A DNA stretch of 64,000 bases from NCBI GenBank assembly GCA_047967505.1, contig CM106538.1; one strand, 5' to 3'. Below, one piece after another: positions 47,900 through 62,090 of the stretch; position 1 is the stretch's first letter; every line of letters begins with the position of its first letter. Source of the stretch: Dipteris shenzhenensis. Its lineage: Eukaryota. The position numbers and the translations under genes are program-made. The notes beneath the pieces were generated by a model. That model had not been told where the DNA came from. It saw only the letters and a list, made by a program, of their open reading frames with translations, and did no database searches.

Positions 47900-50800
47900 A
47901 GGAGTGTGACCTGGTTTTAAACCTACATTAACAAAAGTTTTTCCTCACTTCACCGACTGCTTCTCCTCTCCGCGCTTGCTTTCCTCTCTGCTTCCTTTTC
48001 CATCTCCAAGATTAGCTCATCTCCAAGCATATATACCTCATCTCCAAGCATATAGATTCATCTCCAAGCATACAAGAGAAGCGGGTGAAGGAGGCCACAA
48101 GAGAAGAAGAGGAAGAAGATTTTGAGAAGAAGGAGAAGAAGCTTTTCATACCTCTATCCAAGGTAAGTCTCTTGTCATTTTCTCTTCTCTCTCAGTCTAT
48201 GATGCTTCTTGTACTTGTGGAAAGATGTTTTCTTCAGATTCATCCTCTTTTGCATGAAGAAATAATGTTTTTGGGCACTTTTGGTTTATTGGAGGTCGGT
48301 CCGTCCATCGTCGTCAGATTTTTGTCTAGATTTGAGTGTCGTAGTGCTTCTAACAGTGCATCAAGCTATTTTTGAACAGTGTACCCGTGCCTATAGACGT
48401 GTTAGTAGTTGTGTGTATAGACGCGCTGCCGAGACGATGACAGTTTGATCAATTTTTTGGCTTTGCTTATGGGAAGAGAGCATCGTAGAGAGATGAAACA
48501 TATTATGCTGAGGAAATAGGGGAAGTAGGAGGAAAATTGGTATAAAGCATGAGGATGGGATAGGGAAAGAGGGATAAGAGTATTGGTGTAGAGCATGATG
48601 TAAAACCTTGTGGAAAGAGGGCATGTTGGAAATAAGGGAATATATAATCTTCTTCCTCTTAATCTCTTCCTCCCTTTTTTTCTTATCTTCTTTCTTTCTT
48701 CTCTGCTCTTCTTATCTTCTTCTCTTCTAGATTCTTCTCTTCTTTTCTCTCTTCTTCTCCTCTTTTCTTCCTTTATTTTCTTATTTCTCCTCTTCTATTC
48801 TTTTTTTTTCTTCTTTCTCTTATTACTCTTATTACTTCTCCTTTCTCTTATTACTCTTATTGCTTCTCCTTTCTCTTATTACTCTTATTCTCTTATCTTT
48901 TCTCTTCTTTCTCTTATTACTCATAGACTATCTATGTATATCCTAGTCTAAATGCTCTACTCATTACTTGTGTATATGCCTTTGTGTCTTTGTGTATTTG
49001 GAGTTCATCATGTGGCCAGGAAGCTCTTCAGGAGGTTCGCTTGATCCTCGAGATGCATTCTTGCAACAATTATATAACATTTTGGGACACCCTCCCACTC
49101 CACAAGAGTTATGTAATTACATGACAAGCACTCAAAACACCTCACAAGAGTTGAGAGTACAGACTCCAAACCACCCCACACCCACACCACCTCTGGTCAC
49201 CCCTATGGAGTCAAGACAATCTAGCAGAAGGCAGAGCCACTAGCCTACTCCTGTGCAGTTAGGAGCCCCTTCCAAATCATAGACCTGCTAGCCTATTCCC
49301 ATGTCAGGAGCCCCTTCCAGATCGCAGAGCCACATGTCTATTCCCATGCAATCGGGAGCCCCTTCTCTAGAGGTGACTGCCCATCATAGTAGCTCATGCA
49401 GTAGGCATATTGGCCACACATGATGCATGGCATGCTGATTTGGTGGCAGGGATGATTTAGATGCAGATATGTCAGAGGGTGATGGTACGATATACTATGG
49501 TATTAGTGAGATGGGCAGTATCTTACTGGATTCATGGGGGAAGAAAGTCATGTCCATGCACTTTGCAGTTCAGTAGTTCATAAGAACTACAAAGATTGCT
49601 TTACAAAATTCAAAGAGCAGAAATAAAGTTTGGCTGTGTATACCATCAAGAGTTTATGCAGGAGGTATCCCATTCCAGGATACCATGAGTTCAATGACAC
49701 ATGGGCATAGAAAAAGATTACCAATATCCTTGCCAATAAGAGGTATTTGCTAAAGAGGTAGACATTGGCCAAGATTGCCAGGATAGAGGGAGGACAAACA
49801 CCCAGGGGCCAGCCAAACATCGCTCATAAGTGCGAGTGGAAGAAAGCCCTAAAGCTAGTGAAAGAGGACCCCAGTTTGTAGCACAGAGGCATGATGGATC
49901 CAGATGGGAGCAATATAGATCCTCACATTTTGGAGCAGGAGGTAAGTATCAATCTCAAATTATATTGTATTTATCTGGTTTATTAGGAGGTTATTCCTTT
50001 GTTCTAACCCCTCTGCAAATTGTATCACCTTACAACTTGATATCGTGGGTAGATACCCTACTCCTACTGAGACAGCCTATCATCAAGGACATGGCAGGGG
50101 ACCTACTTGGAGGCACTTCTATGATGAGGCGTTGATTATTGAGTAGTAGTATAGCCGGGCTACTAGAACGCCCATGCAGGTATTTAAAAGTACTTAAGAA
50201 ATGTCAATGTCGTAAATTTTTCTTGATTTTTCATACATTGATACATGTTATCCCTCCTTTACAAGCTCCTGGGGGTATTGAGGAGGAAGAAGGCGAGGGT
50301 ACTGAGGAGAAAGAAGGTGACAAAGAAGGCCCCGAGGGTGGCGGGAGTGGTGACGGGATGAGAATGCCTCTGATTAGTCATAGAAGTTGTGCTAGCTAGC
50401 TAGTATTGTTTTTTGTACTTGAAGCCACAAGTGATGAGGATGCCTCCGATCTAATTAGTCATAGAAGTAGTGCTAGCTAGCTAGTATTCTTTTTTATATT
50501 GGAAGCCATAGGTAGCTTGGCTTCATGCTAGATGTATATATAAACACTTTTTGGGCCATGAATTAATATACACTCCTATTATTTTTTTGGCATTCAATTT
50601 CCTTATGCAATGTTTTATCCATGAATGCTTTGTGATATAAAATGTTTAGGAGTTGTAATGTTTTATTTGGAATTGTAATCGTCAGCTTGTATATGCCTTC
50701 AAATTCCAATACTTCATCCCTTAACTCGTATAATAATATATAATGAATTACCAATAGCTATAGATGTGCATGGAATCGTGCAAATTAAAATGTTGCTAGC

Positions 50801-51051
50801 TGCAAGAATTCCATTTCACACTATAGAAATGGGATTCTTGCAACCACATAGCATTTTATTTAAAATAATAATAATTCTAGAGAGTGTCTATAAGCACATG
50901 TATGAGCGCGTCTATAAGCATGCCTCACTGTTATTTAGATACACATTTAGACACGGGTCTGTAGATGCACTAATAGATGCGCCCATCACTTTTTAATTGA
51001 AATCATAAAACACATATGAAAATGTGCCTATGGTCCCTTTTCCTTGTTGTG
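47900..51051 (+). mobile_element. CACTA/En-Spm relic: decayed TnpA/ORF2-like exons, subterminal repeats and right terminus
   Basis: The right end reverse-complements to CACAACAAGGAAAAGGG (CACTA-like TIR, ending at 51051). Subterminal TATAGACGCG/GTCTATAAGCA motifs at 48390-48425 and 50880-50985. Degraded Pro/Ser-rich coding segments at 49010-49940 end in HFGAGG with a GTAAGT donor. The left boundary is uncertain. Confidence 0.55.
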
Positions 51052-52211
51052 CATATATAAAGTAGGTACTACTTCTGCATATAATTTGCTTTATAAAAAT
51101 GAAAATAAAGTAGCATGTCTTTTTTTAAAGTTAATATGAGAAGCAATAGACCAATGATATGGTGCAATGTGGCACCCGCTCCATCCATGGTGGATGCATG
51201 TTTCAGGTATACATTCTCATGTTAATATGAGAAGCAAGTTCTCTTTTTAAATAGCAAATTCTCTCTTTGAATTTTCTTCTCAAATTAATATTCAAAAAAA
51301 GAAAAGATGATTGTACTCGAGCTTTTTCTCATGGCAACAATAAGAATGCTCTCAATATATTTTGAAAATTCAATATTGTGTCTTTTATGGCCAAATATAA
51401 TTTAACACAGGTTCTTCATAAAGTTAAGATTAACAATGTCTATGTGCCAAGTGCAAAGTGTGAAACCAAGAGGTAATCTTTTCAACACACGAATTCACCA
51501 CATAATCAATTGGAGAAGAAGAAACACAATCACACCACGAAAGCGACAATAGAATGGGTACAATGTCCCCCCTAGATGAGTGGCTCACGCTTCCTCATCT
51601 AGAGTATTTATGATATTTCATAAAAGCACCAAGGAGCCAAAATTATCCCTCTCATCCAAAAATGAGGGATTTGCTTTACATAGCCATCTTAGGTCCCAAA
51701 ACGAATTATGTCCTCAACAAAATGTATTGCTCAAACTTGCAATAATAAAACAAATACAAAATTGGCCCATGGCCATATATAATGCACTGTGTGACACCTC
51801 GATCAGTTACCTCGCACTAACTCCAATCCTCGCTATGAGTTCCATCGCCTGTACTCAAGCAGCCAATTACATTAGTTATTAACAATCAATTGAACGAATC
51901 ACCGAATCAACCGATCCCAACATAACCACGCTCAAAGCACAATAATCAAGTACAACACCAATAACACTAGTGACATCAGTATTGACATGGAATCACCCAC
52001 AATACCGACCATCTAGCATGGCAAAACATAAGCTAGTCAGGCATCCCCAACTAACCACACAAAGTATCCACTAGGACCCCCGTCGTGTCCGATACGCTCC
52101 TATGTAGTACTTTGCCATAGTCACACTTGACTAAAATAATAAAATCCAAAGCAAGATATATCAAAAAATATAATTTTCATAACATCCCTCTTGCTTGGAT
52201 TGCAACTGACC

Positions 52212-53435
52212 TCAGTTGCGTGTTTGATTATAGGGACTAATGAGGTTTGGAAAAGTTTGAGAGAACCGCTCAGGCATCCACTGAGCATCATCTCTTGGAT
52301 GATTCTTAAATTTGAGAAAGTATTTAATATAGATATTTCCTTTTCGGGTCGAGGTTTGTTGATGATCAATAATGCATTCAGGCTCTAGAATTTCTTCTTC
52401 ATCAACAATCAATGGAGCCTCTTCATAGACATGATGAATAGGTAAAGGTCCTTTGAGGGCTTTAAAAGGCTGATATGGAAAGCATTATGTATTTTCCAAT
52501 TATCAAGTAATTCAAGCCTATAAGCTAGATCGTTGATTTTCTGAATCAACTTGAATGGGCCATAAAAACGTGGGGACATCTTGATTAGTGGCCATTTCTC
52601 AACACTCTTCAATCTTCTTTTCTCAAACCGAAGAAGTACATAATCGCCTTCTTTAAAAAGCATGTGTTTCCGTTTCTTATTAGCTTGTTTTGCATACTTC
52701 TCTTGAGCAATTGCAATGGCTTCTCGAACTCTTTGAGAATATTTTGATAGTCATGGGTAAATGCATCTGTTGCTTCCACTCTATGGGTCAATCGTGTGAT
52801 AGGAATATGTAAAACCTTCCCATAGATAATCTCAAAGGGTGCTCTTCCAGTTGCAGAATGGGGAGTATTATTATAAGCAAATTATAAGAGATGAATGTAT
52901 TTGTCCCAAGTCTTTGGTTGACTTCTCGCATAAGCTTTTATCATATCTAGAATAGTACTATTTGTAACTTCAGTTTGTCTGTTCGATTCTAGATGAAAAG
53001 CTAATGAGAAGTCTAACTTAGTGCCTAGATTATGAAATAATGCAGTCTAGAAATTACTGTAAAACTTCGAATCTCGATCAGACACTATAGTCTTTGGCAA
53101 GCCATGATGAGAAAAGATATGCTTAATGAATAAATGTGCAGCTTGCTGAGTTGTTAAAGTCTTCTTGCATGGGATGAAATAGGCTTGCTTACTGAAGCGA
53201 TCTACTATTGTCCAAATCATATCATTTTGGTTCGCTATAGTAGGAAAACCTGTTCTGTAATCCATAGATATTTGTTCCCAAGGTTGTGTAGGAATAGGAA
53301 AAGGCATTAGCAATCCTGGGGTCTTGCCTTTCGAACTCTTGATCTTCTGACAAGTGATGCATTCGACTACAAACTTAGCCACATCTTTTCTTATAGTAGG
53401 CCAATGGAATTCTCTTGCTATAACTTGTAAAGTGG
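52212..53435 (-). pseudogene. Gypsy integrase core, GPF region and chromodomain
   Basis: CITCQKIK, PWEQISMDY, IVDRFSK, PKTIVSDRD, SPRFYGPF...AYRLEL...IHNAFHISLLK. Chromodomain EPECIIDHQ...YFLKFKNHPRDDAQWMP at 52212-52412. Confidence 0.92.
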
Positions 53436-53440
53436 CACTC

Positions 53441-56400
53441 TGTGAAGATAGTGGGAGAGAGGGAAGGAGTCTCACTTGCGGCTTTCTCACATGCACAATA
53501 GGGGAATACACACAAAAGTGGAGGCTGAAAAACAGTTTTCCTCTTCTTAGTTGTGAAAGCCAAAAGAACTCTAGTACAGAGAAATAGAAGAACCCTATAT
53601 GCGGGTCTCAAACCAAACTCAACTAACTAAGGTGGCTTACTAACTGAGCCACAAACTAGAGTAGATAAGGATAGTTGTCATCCATCTATTATTTGTGGGT
53701 GGTGTACCAACCGCATCTGCAGCTAACAAGTCGGTGACATAAATGCACAACAGTCACCTTGGCATATCGCGAGTGCAGCTCGATATCTCAACACTCCCCC
53801 TCGAGCTCAATCCCAATTCTTGCACATCAAGCAAGTCTCTGAACTTGCGCAACTTCTCTACGCCTAATGCTTTCGTGAATATGTCAGCTACCTGATCCTC
53901 TGTGCTGACATAAACTAGATCAATAAGACCTAGTAAAACGTTCTCCTGCACATAGTGATAATGCACCTCAATGTGCTTTGGGTTATTTGCCAAGTGTATG
54001 CTGCTCATGTTGTCACAATAAATGACAACTGGCCCATCTGTAGACTGATGCATATCATAGAGTAGCTTATGCAACCAAGCTACCTCACATGCAGCCATTG
54101 TTGCACCCTTGTACTCAGCCTCTGTGCTTGACAAGGCAACTGTAGGCTGTTTCTTGCTGCTCCAAGTGACTGCAGCACTCCCAAAAGAGAACACATATCC
54201 ACTGGTAGATCGTCTATAAGAAATACTACCAGCCCAATCAGCATCAGTGTATCCATGCAACTGTATCTGAACCCCAACCTCATAAAATAGTCCATACTGC
54301 AATGTGGACTTCACATACCTGAGTATGCATCTAGCCGCATCCAAATGCGATTTCCTTGGAGCCTGCATAAACTGACTTACCAATCCAATAGCATAGCTTA
54401 GATCTCGCCTGGTAATAGTCATATAAATCAAACTTCCTACTATGCGTCTGTACATAGTAGGGTCTTCCAAAAGCTCACCTGCGTCTGTGCTCAGCTTCAC
54501 ATTCTGCTCCAAAGGAACTGAAATAGGCTTACATCCTGTCATCCCATATTTGGACAGCATGTCCAATCCATACTGCCTCTGCAAGAGTTGTATCCCACTT
54601 GGTGATCTAATCACCTCAATGCCCAAGAAATAACGTAGCTCTCCCAAATCCTTCATCTCAAACTTCTGCCTCAATAGCATTTTCACGTGAAGGATATCTT
54701 CATCACTATCACCTGTGATGATCAAATCATCAACATAAATGACAAGCAGCATAATCCCTTTCTCTGTTTTTCTCACATAGACTGAGAAATTTGCCTTGGA
54801 AATCTGAAAGCCAATAGTGACAAGATACTGTCCTATCTTGTCAGACCATGCTCTAGGTACTTGCTTCAAGCCATACGAGGCTTTCTTCAACCTACAAACA
54901 AACTCAGGATGAATAGCATGAACATAACTTGCTGGCTGCTCCATAAAGACCTCTTCTTGCAAATCACCATGCAAGAAGGCATTCTTTACATCCATCTGAT
55001 GTAAAGACCATCCCTTTGATGCAGCCATAGCAATGGCTGCTCTTACGGTTGCCATCCTTGCAGCCAGACTGAAAGTTTCTTCATAATCAATGCCATATGT
55101 CTGTGCATACCCCTTGACAACTAATCTTGCCTTGTATCTATTCACAGAACCATCTGCATTGTGCTTCATCTTATAAACCCACTTACAGCCAATTGCATTC
55201 TTGTCTTTAGGTAAAGGCACCAATTCCCATGTAGCATTTGCTTCCAAGGCATCCATTTCTTCATCCATGGCTTTCTCCCATTTTTCATTTCCCATGGCTT
55301 GCTCAAAAGAAGTGGGTTCTGGTTCCTGTATCACTTTGACCATATAAGCATAGTGAATGGCTGTAAATCCATCATATTTCAGCCTATCCATAGGATACCT
55401 AACCCTGGTAGACTTGCGCAAAATAGGGTCACTTCCAGGTGCTCTCAAAACATCCTTGGTCTTGCTTACTCCAGGTGTAACAACAGAAGGAATACCCAAC
55501 TCATCATCAATGCTCTGTTCTGAGCCACTGGATTCACCATCCACATAAGAATGACCTGCATTCACATCAAACATGGGCTGATCTACCTTCTCTTTTCCTT
55601 TTTGTGATACCTACATACCACTCTCTGCATTGCTTTGAGGAGATTCTCCTGATCTCAATCTGCCTGTCCATGGCAAAGTATGTGAACCACTGCTAGAGGA
55701 CACTCCAGTTCCACTAATATTTTGTGATTGCTGCTGTGAATTCTGTGTAGCATTACCATTTTGTGCATCTACATCAATGATTACATTTACTGGTTTATAC
55801 CAGCTACTCATCTCATCAAAAACAACATCTCTGCTCACTGTAAACTTACGTGTAGAAGGGTTATAGCATCTATACCCTTTCTGCTACAGAGAATAACCAA
55901 TAAAGATGCACTTCTTAGCTTTTGGATCCAACTTGGACCTCAACTCATCTGGCACATGAACATAGGCAATGCAACCAAAAATTTTCAAATGAGAAATGTC
56001 TAGTTTCCTACTAGTATACATCTCCTCTGGCGTCATGCCATGTATTGCTGCAGTGGGAGTCCTGTTCATTATATAAACTGCTGTAGCAACTGCTTCAGCC
56101 CAATAATAATCTGGTAGATCTTTTTCATTTAGCATGGCCGGAGATACCTCTCCAATATGCCTATTTTTCCTTTCTGCAATTCCATTTTACTGTGGGGTAT
56201 GACTGCATGAATATTGCTACTTTAGACCATGCTCCTGCAAAAACCTTGCAAACTCATTTGAGAGGTACTCTCCCCCTCCATCTGACCTTAGGCATTTTAT
56301 TTGCAGGCCTGTTTCTTTTTCAACCATATCTTTAAAAGCTTTGAAGTGCCCAAACACTTCACTTTTCTTTTTGATAAAATACACCCGAAGTTTTCTGCTG

Positions 56401-58964
56401 AAGTCATCAATAAATGTGACAAAATAGTGACAACCTCCAATAGATGCAGCTTTAGTAGTCCACACATCAGAGTGGATTAATTCCAATGGCTTTTTACTCT
56501 CTTGAACATGCCTAGGAAAAGGTTTCCTTGCCTGTTTCCCAAATTGACAGGCTTCACAAACCTTGTGCATTTCTGCAACCTTGAATTTTGGCAATCCTGC
56601 AACAATATTTTGGGCTTGCATTGATTTAAGTCGCTGTATATTAACATGACCAATGCGTTTGTGCCAGATATCAATATCTGCAAATACAATCTACAAATAC
56701 ACCGGTCCCATGTGCAAACATTGCTGCACTCAATTCAGGCATGTCCACATCCAACGTAAACATCCTGCCCTTCTTCTTTCCTTTTTCTATCAAGCGACCA
56801 TTATTTTTCATATCCTCAACAAAGCATCCATGAGGATTAAATCTAACCTGCAAGCCCTGCTCAACCATTTGACCAACAGAAACTAGGCTCTTGGTGATGT
56901 TTGGGACATGAAATACATCGGACAGGTATTTCTTTTTCCCATCCTGCATAGACAAAGGAATTTTACCAATCTGCACAATAGGATGTGCAGTATCATCACC
57001 AGTCTCCATAAATCCTGGCTTTTCCATTTTCCGTGCATCCTACATCCATTCTGCATGACCTGTCATGTGGTTTGATGCACCTGAGTCAACATACCACACA
57101 TCATTTCATTCTTTTGCACTTGTCACAGAGTTGGTCATATGCTGCACCATAAATAGATGCTCATTTCTGTCATCACCTTGTCTACTAGAAGATGCATATT
57201 TGCCTTGCTGCAATTTTCCATTCATAATGTCATTCTGCTTTTTGTAGCAGTCCTTAGCCATATGACCCATTTTACCACAATAGTAGCATTCAACATTGCT
57301 ATTTGCATTTTGGCCTCTCTGCCATCCACCATGGGCTCTTTGGCTCCCCCTGCCTCTAGAGTTACCACGTCCTCCTGCATAGGACTGGTTTTCTTGAGTT
57401 TGCTGCATATTTTGATTTCTACCACGGTCTGCAGATCGGCCTCCTCTACCTCTGCCTCTACCTCTTCCAGCATTTGAGTAGAAGACAGTTTCTTTTGAAG
57501 TTCCTCCTGAAGAAGATGCACCCCCATTTCTCTGCTCTTCAGAAATTAGAAGAGCAAACAACTCTTCAAAATCAGGAAATTTCTCACGGACGGCAATGGA
57601 TGTCCGGAACTGAGCATAATCCTTTCTTAGACCATTCAAGGTCACAGAAACTAGATCATCATCTTCCACTAGCGACCCAATGGAAGCAAGTGCATCTGCA
57701 ATTTTCTTGACCTTCATGTGGTAGTCATTTATGCTCAAATTTTCTCTCTACACATCGTGCAACTCCTGTTTGAGCTACATTTTCCTGGCTTGCGTATTTG
57801 TGCTGTACATTTTTGCCAAAGTATCCCATGCCTCCTTTGGCATACTTGCGTCCTAAATATGCACAATCATAGAGTCCAAAATACTGATAGATAGCTAGTA
57901 CATAACTTTTCTAGCTCTCTCATGCCATCCTTTAAATGCCTGCATTTTCTGTTGATTGGGAACATTAGGAAGAACAGGTTTTTCTTCATTTCCTGTAATG
58001 AACTCCCAATAGCCTTTTCCCATAAGGAAATTCGTCATTCTAAACTTCCATGCCTGGAAGTTGTTCTTGTCAAGCTTTTCAGTGACAATCTATGAAAGAG
58101 AATCAGATGCCATTACAGAACACTGCAAAATATTCTGTCACTGCAAAAAACACAGCTTTTGCCTCACACGGGTAGATCTGCAAAACTGACGAAAGTGGTA
58201 TTTGACCGCACAGTCACTTCCTAGTAACGATTTTGCATCAATAGGCAACAAGCATGATTCTGCAACTCCCAATATCTCTGTACACAGGCATACGATGCAA
58301 TTTTTGCGGCAACTTTTCATCGACTAGCCAAGCAGTGGTCGCACAACCAAAACAGGGCCTTTTTCTGAGTGCCTGCGAAGAACTTCCGACTTCAAAACGG
58401 GCCCTGAAATGGCCTCGAATCAAAAAAATAAAGTCACACCAGGAAGGGCGTCTTAATCTGAGACAGTGCACTCTTGCACTTCTGGCTGTGCTACCTGCAG
58501 AGATTTGCTCCCAAACTCGAAATAGGAAAGCAACACTGGTCCTCTTACCAGGATACCACGAACTTGGTTTGCTTTCTTGAGCTCCTTACCACGAACAAGG
58601 CTCTGATACCATGTGAAGATAGTGGGAGAGAGGGAAGGAGTCTCACTTGCAGCTTTCTCACATGCACAATAGGGGAATACACACAAAAGTGGAGGCTGAA
58701 AAATGGTTTTCCTCTTCTTAGTTGTGAAAGCCAAAAGAACTCTAGTACAGAGAAATAGAAGAACCCTATATGTGGGTCTCAAACCAAACTCAACTAACTA
58801 AGGTGGCTTACTAACTGAGCCACAAACTAGAGTAGATAAGGATAGCTATCATCCAGCTATTATTCATGGGCGGTGTACCAACCGCATCTACAGCTAACAA
58901 GTCGGTGACATAAATGCACAACAGTCACCCTGGCATATCACGAGTAGAGCTCGATATCTCAACA
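53441..58964 (-). mobile_element. Full-length Ty1/Copia family A element nested in the Gypsy integrase
   Basis: LTRs 53441-53793 and 58612-58964 (353 bp, about 15 mismatches by eye). PBS 58600-58611. 5-bp TSD CACTC/CAGTC with one mismatch. Removing the element restores HRGVTATLQVIAREFHWP. Confidence 0.97.
53754..58113 (-). pseudogene. Copia gag-pol with stops, frameshifts and small indels
   Basis: Same domains as 20490-24869. RT-RNaseH ORF 53754-55574 has a 6-aa deletion (NP-KHIEVH), and there is a short duplication at ~56685. Confidence 0.93.
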
Positions 58965-58969
58965 CAGTC

Positions 58970-61900
58970 ACTCCCCTATGTCCCATATATGGTGGTTGGT
59001 GCATTTCCTCCATTACAATTTGTCTAAAGGGTTGAGTGATGCATGATTTCTTTTGATAAAAGAGGTATTTATCATTGCATGAATAGTCCAACATAGGATT
59101 CCAATTGTTATTTTCTAATTTGTTCCATATATCAGAAAAGTCTGGATCCCCTTGATAAGAATTCTTCATACTTTCAAAAGGCTGGGTCTCTACAGCAGTG
59201 ATGTGATTAATACTTGGCTTTCTGCTAAGAGCATTAGCAACTGCATTTTCCTTTCCAGGTTGATACTAAATCATGGGTTGAAAACTCTGTATAAATGATG
59301 CCCACTTGATGTGCCTATCGGATATTAGTGGCTGTCAACAAATGCTTGATACTTTGCTGATCGGTTTTGATAAGAAACTCAGCTCCCATCAAATAATGTT
59401 TGCACATTCGTAAGGCATGCACAACAATGGTTAATTCTTTATCATATATACTATAATTGCATTTTGCTGGTTTTAATTTTTGGCTCTCATATGCTATTGG
59501 ATGTCCATCTTGCATAAGTATGGTTCCAATTCCATATCCACTAGCATCGGTTACAACTACAAAGAATGGTCTAGAGAAATCGGGTAGTTGCAACACAGGA
59601 GCTTGTGTGAGAGCTTCCTTCAAGGCTGTAAAAGATTTATCTTAATGCTCAGTCCATAAGAAATGCTTACCTTTTCTAAGAAGGTCTGTCAATGGATGTG
59701 CAATGTATGCGAAATTCTTGACAAACTTTCTGTAAAAGCTACACAATCCCAAGAATGATCTTAATTCATGTATATCTCGGGGTTTAGGCCATGTGACTAT
59801 GCACTCAATCTTCTTTGGATCTACTCCAATCCCATCGATGGATACAGTGTGACCCAAATACTCTATCTAATCTTGAAAGAAACTACTCTTTTCAGGATTT
59901 ATGTACAATTGATTTTCTTTCAAGAGTGAAAAGACTAGCTTCAGATGTTCTTTATGCTCCTCAACATCTTTGTTAAACACCAGAATATCATCAAAAAATA
60001 CTACCACACAATCTTGGTGTTTAAGAAAGATTCGGTTCATCATTCTACTAAAAGTAGCTGGAGCATTAGTTAGCCCAAAAGGCATAACTAGGAACTCATA
60101 ATGTCCTGTTTGAGTTCTAAAAGCAGTCTTGTATATATCCTCTTCTACCATACGAACTTGATGATAGCCGGATTTAAGATCTATCTTATTGAAGACCTTG
60201 GTCCCTTTCAATTTGTCCAAAAGGTCATCAATCCTAGGGATTGGATATCTGTTCTTCACTATGATTTTGTTCAGTGCATGATAGTCTATGCACATTCGGT
60301 AGGTTCCATTTTTCTTTTTGACTAATAAGACAGGTGCTCCATAAGGAGAACTACTGGGTCTTATCAATCCTCTCTCTATTAGTTCCTCCACTTGCTTTTG
60401 AATCTCTTTTTGTTCTAGTTGATTGACTCTATAAGGAGCTTTGCAAGGTGGAGTATTGCCCGGTAGGATTTCTATCCTATGATCTTCAGGTCGAGAACAT
60501 GGTAGTCCAGGCGGTAAATCCTCTAGGAAACAATCAGAAAATTGAGAAAGAAATCTTTGGTGTGTAGGCTTAGTGTTTGGCTGAGTAGCCATTACCGTAT
60601 TTACCAAAATTAGATATGTCTTCTCACGTTTTCTAATTGCTCTTTTAGCTTGTGCGTGGTTGAGTAAAGGACTGATCTCAGGTTTCATTGAGCTTTTTAG
60701 ACATATTTCTTGTCTGTCCTTCTCAATCTACATTTGATGTGAATCATAATCTATCTTAGGATTATATTGATGCCTCCATGGCATTCCTAAGATGATGTCC
60801 ACTCCCTGTAGGGGTGCCACTAGAAAGTCTCGTGTATCCTTGTAGGTATTGATTGTGATTTCAAGATTCTTGACTTCTCTAGTACAATTGTACTTTGTTT
60901 TGGTAAAAGCAGCTTTGACCTTATAGTTAAATGGGAAAGACTCTAGGTTTAGCTTTGCTAAGGTTCTTTCGGAAATGAAATCATGAGTACTACCATCATC
61001 ATGTAGAATAACAACCTCTTTGCCATTAATGAAACCTTTCATCTTTAGAAGAGCATGACAATTATACTTACCTCCCTCTTGCTTGGTTGCTTTGTTGTCA
61101 ATCATGTGCACTTTTGCTGTCGGGGTCTTCTTTCTTTCAGGACACTCAGTGGCTATGTGTCCCACCTTATTGCACTTGAAGCACTTTATTTCTTTCTTTG
61201 GAAAGTTCCCACCATTTGGCTTCGAAGAAGAATCTGTCTTCTGTGGAGCAAAACTGTTTTTAGATTTAAAGAAAGGCTTTTTATCAAATTTCTTTTTCTT
61301 ATGAAAAGGTACATGCCGTTTTGAATCTTTCCCTTCTTTTGGGATACCATTCTTCCTTTCACAATTCATTGCAAGAGAAATCGCTGAGCTCAGTGAGCGA
61401 GAATGAAACATGTTAGTCTCGGCTCGCAAGTTAGACTTTAGACCTGCCACATACTTCCTGCGTTGATCTCGCTCATTAACTTTCTCTAAGGACTATAATT
61501 GGATCAACGTTTGCCAAAATCTATCAGTATATGTGGAGATCGTTTCCTTATCGAACTGCCTGAAAGTATCCCATTGTTGTCTAGCTTTTGCTTTGAAATG
61601 TGAGGGAAGGAAATCTCTCTTGATGAGCTTTTGAAAAGACTTCCAAGATTTTGGTCGCCTTTTACTATGCTTAGTGATGTTCCACCAAAGTGCGACACTC
61701 TCTACTAAATGATTTGCAGCACATTTAATCTTATCTTTTTCAGAGAATTTCTCCCCTAAAAAATAATCATCTAACTGATTGATCCAAGACAAGACAGTGC
61801 GTGCTTCTTTCTTTCCATCAAAATTTTGAAATGAGAAAGCTTTTCTACTTATCTTACTCTTCTTCCTCGAATTTCATGCTCTCAGTGTGGCTTTGGCTGT

Positions 61901-62090
61901 CCTGATAATAGTATCAATATCAGAATCATCATCTGATGACTCATCGTCAGATGAATGTCTCTTCCTTTTCTTACCATTGATTTTCTTTTCTAATCTCTCC
62001 CTATGCTCACACTCATCGGCCAACTATGCCTGAAGTGCATCTAACTACTCTTGGAGCATGGGTGGTTGTGGCTGATGCACCATGATAATG
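58970..62090 (-). pseudogene. Gypsy gag, zinc knuckle, protease, RT, RNase H and integrase N-terminus (disrupted)
   Basis: WINQLDDYF...VALWW (gag), [76 protein letters not shown]. The upstream end is approximate. Confidence 0.93.

Noticed and set aside
48610-48951. Hydrophobic membrane-protein ORF (Leu/Phe/Ser-rich)
   Set aside because: Translation of a CT-rich low-complexity, intron-like tract.
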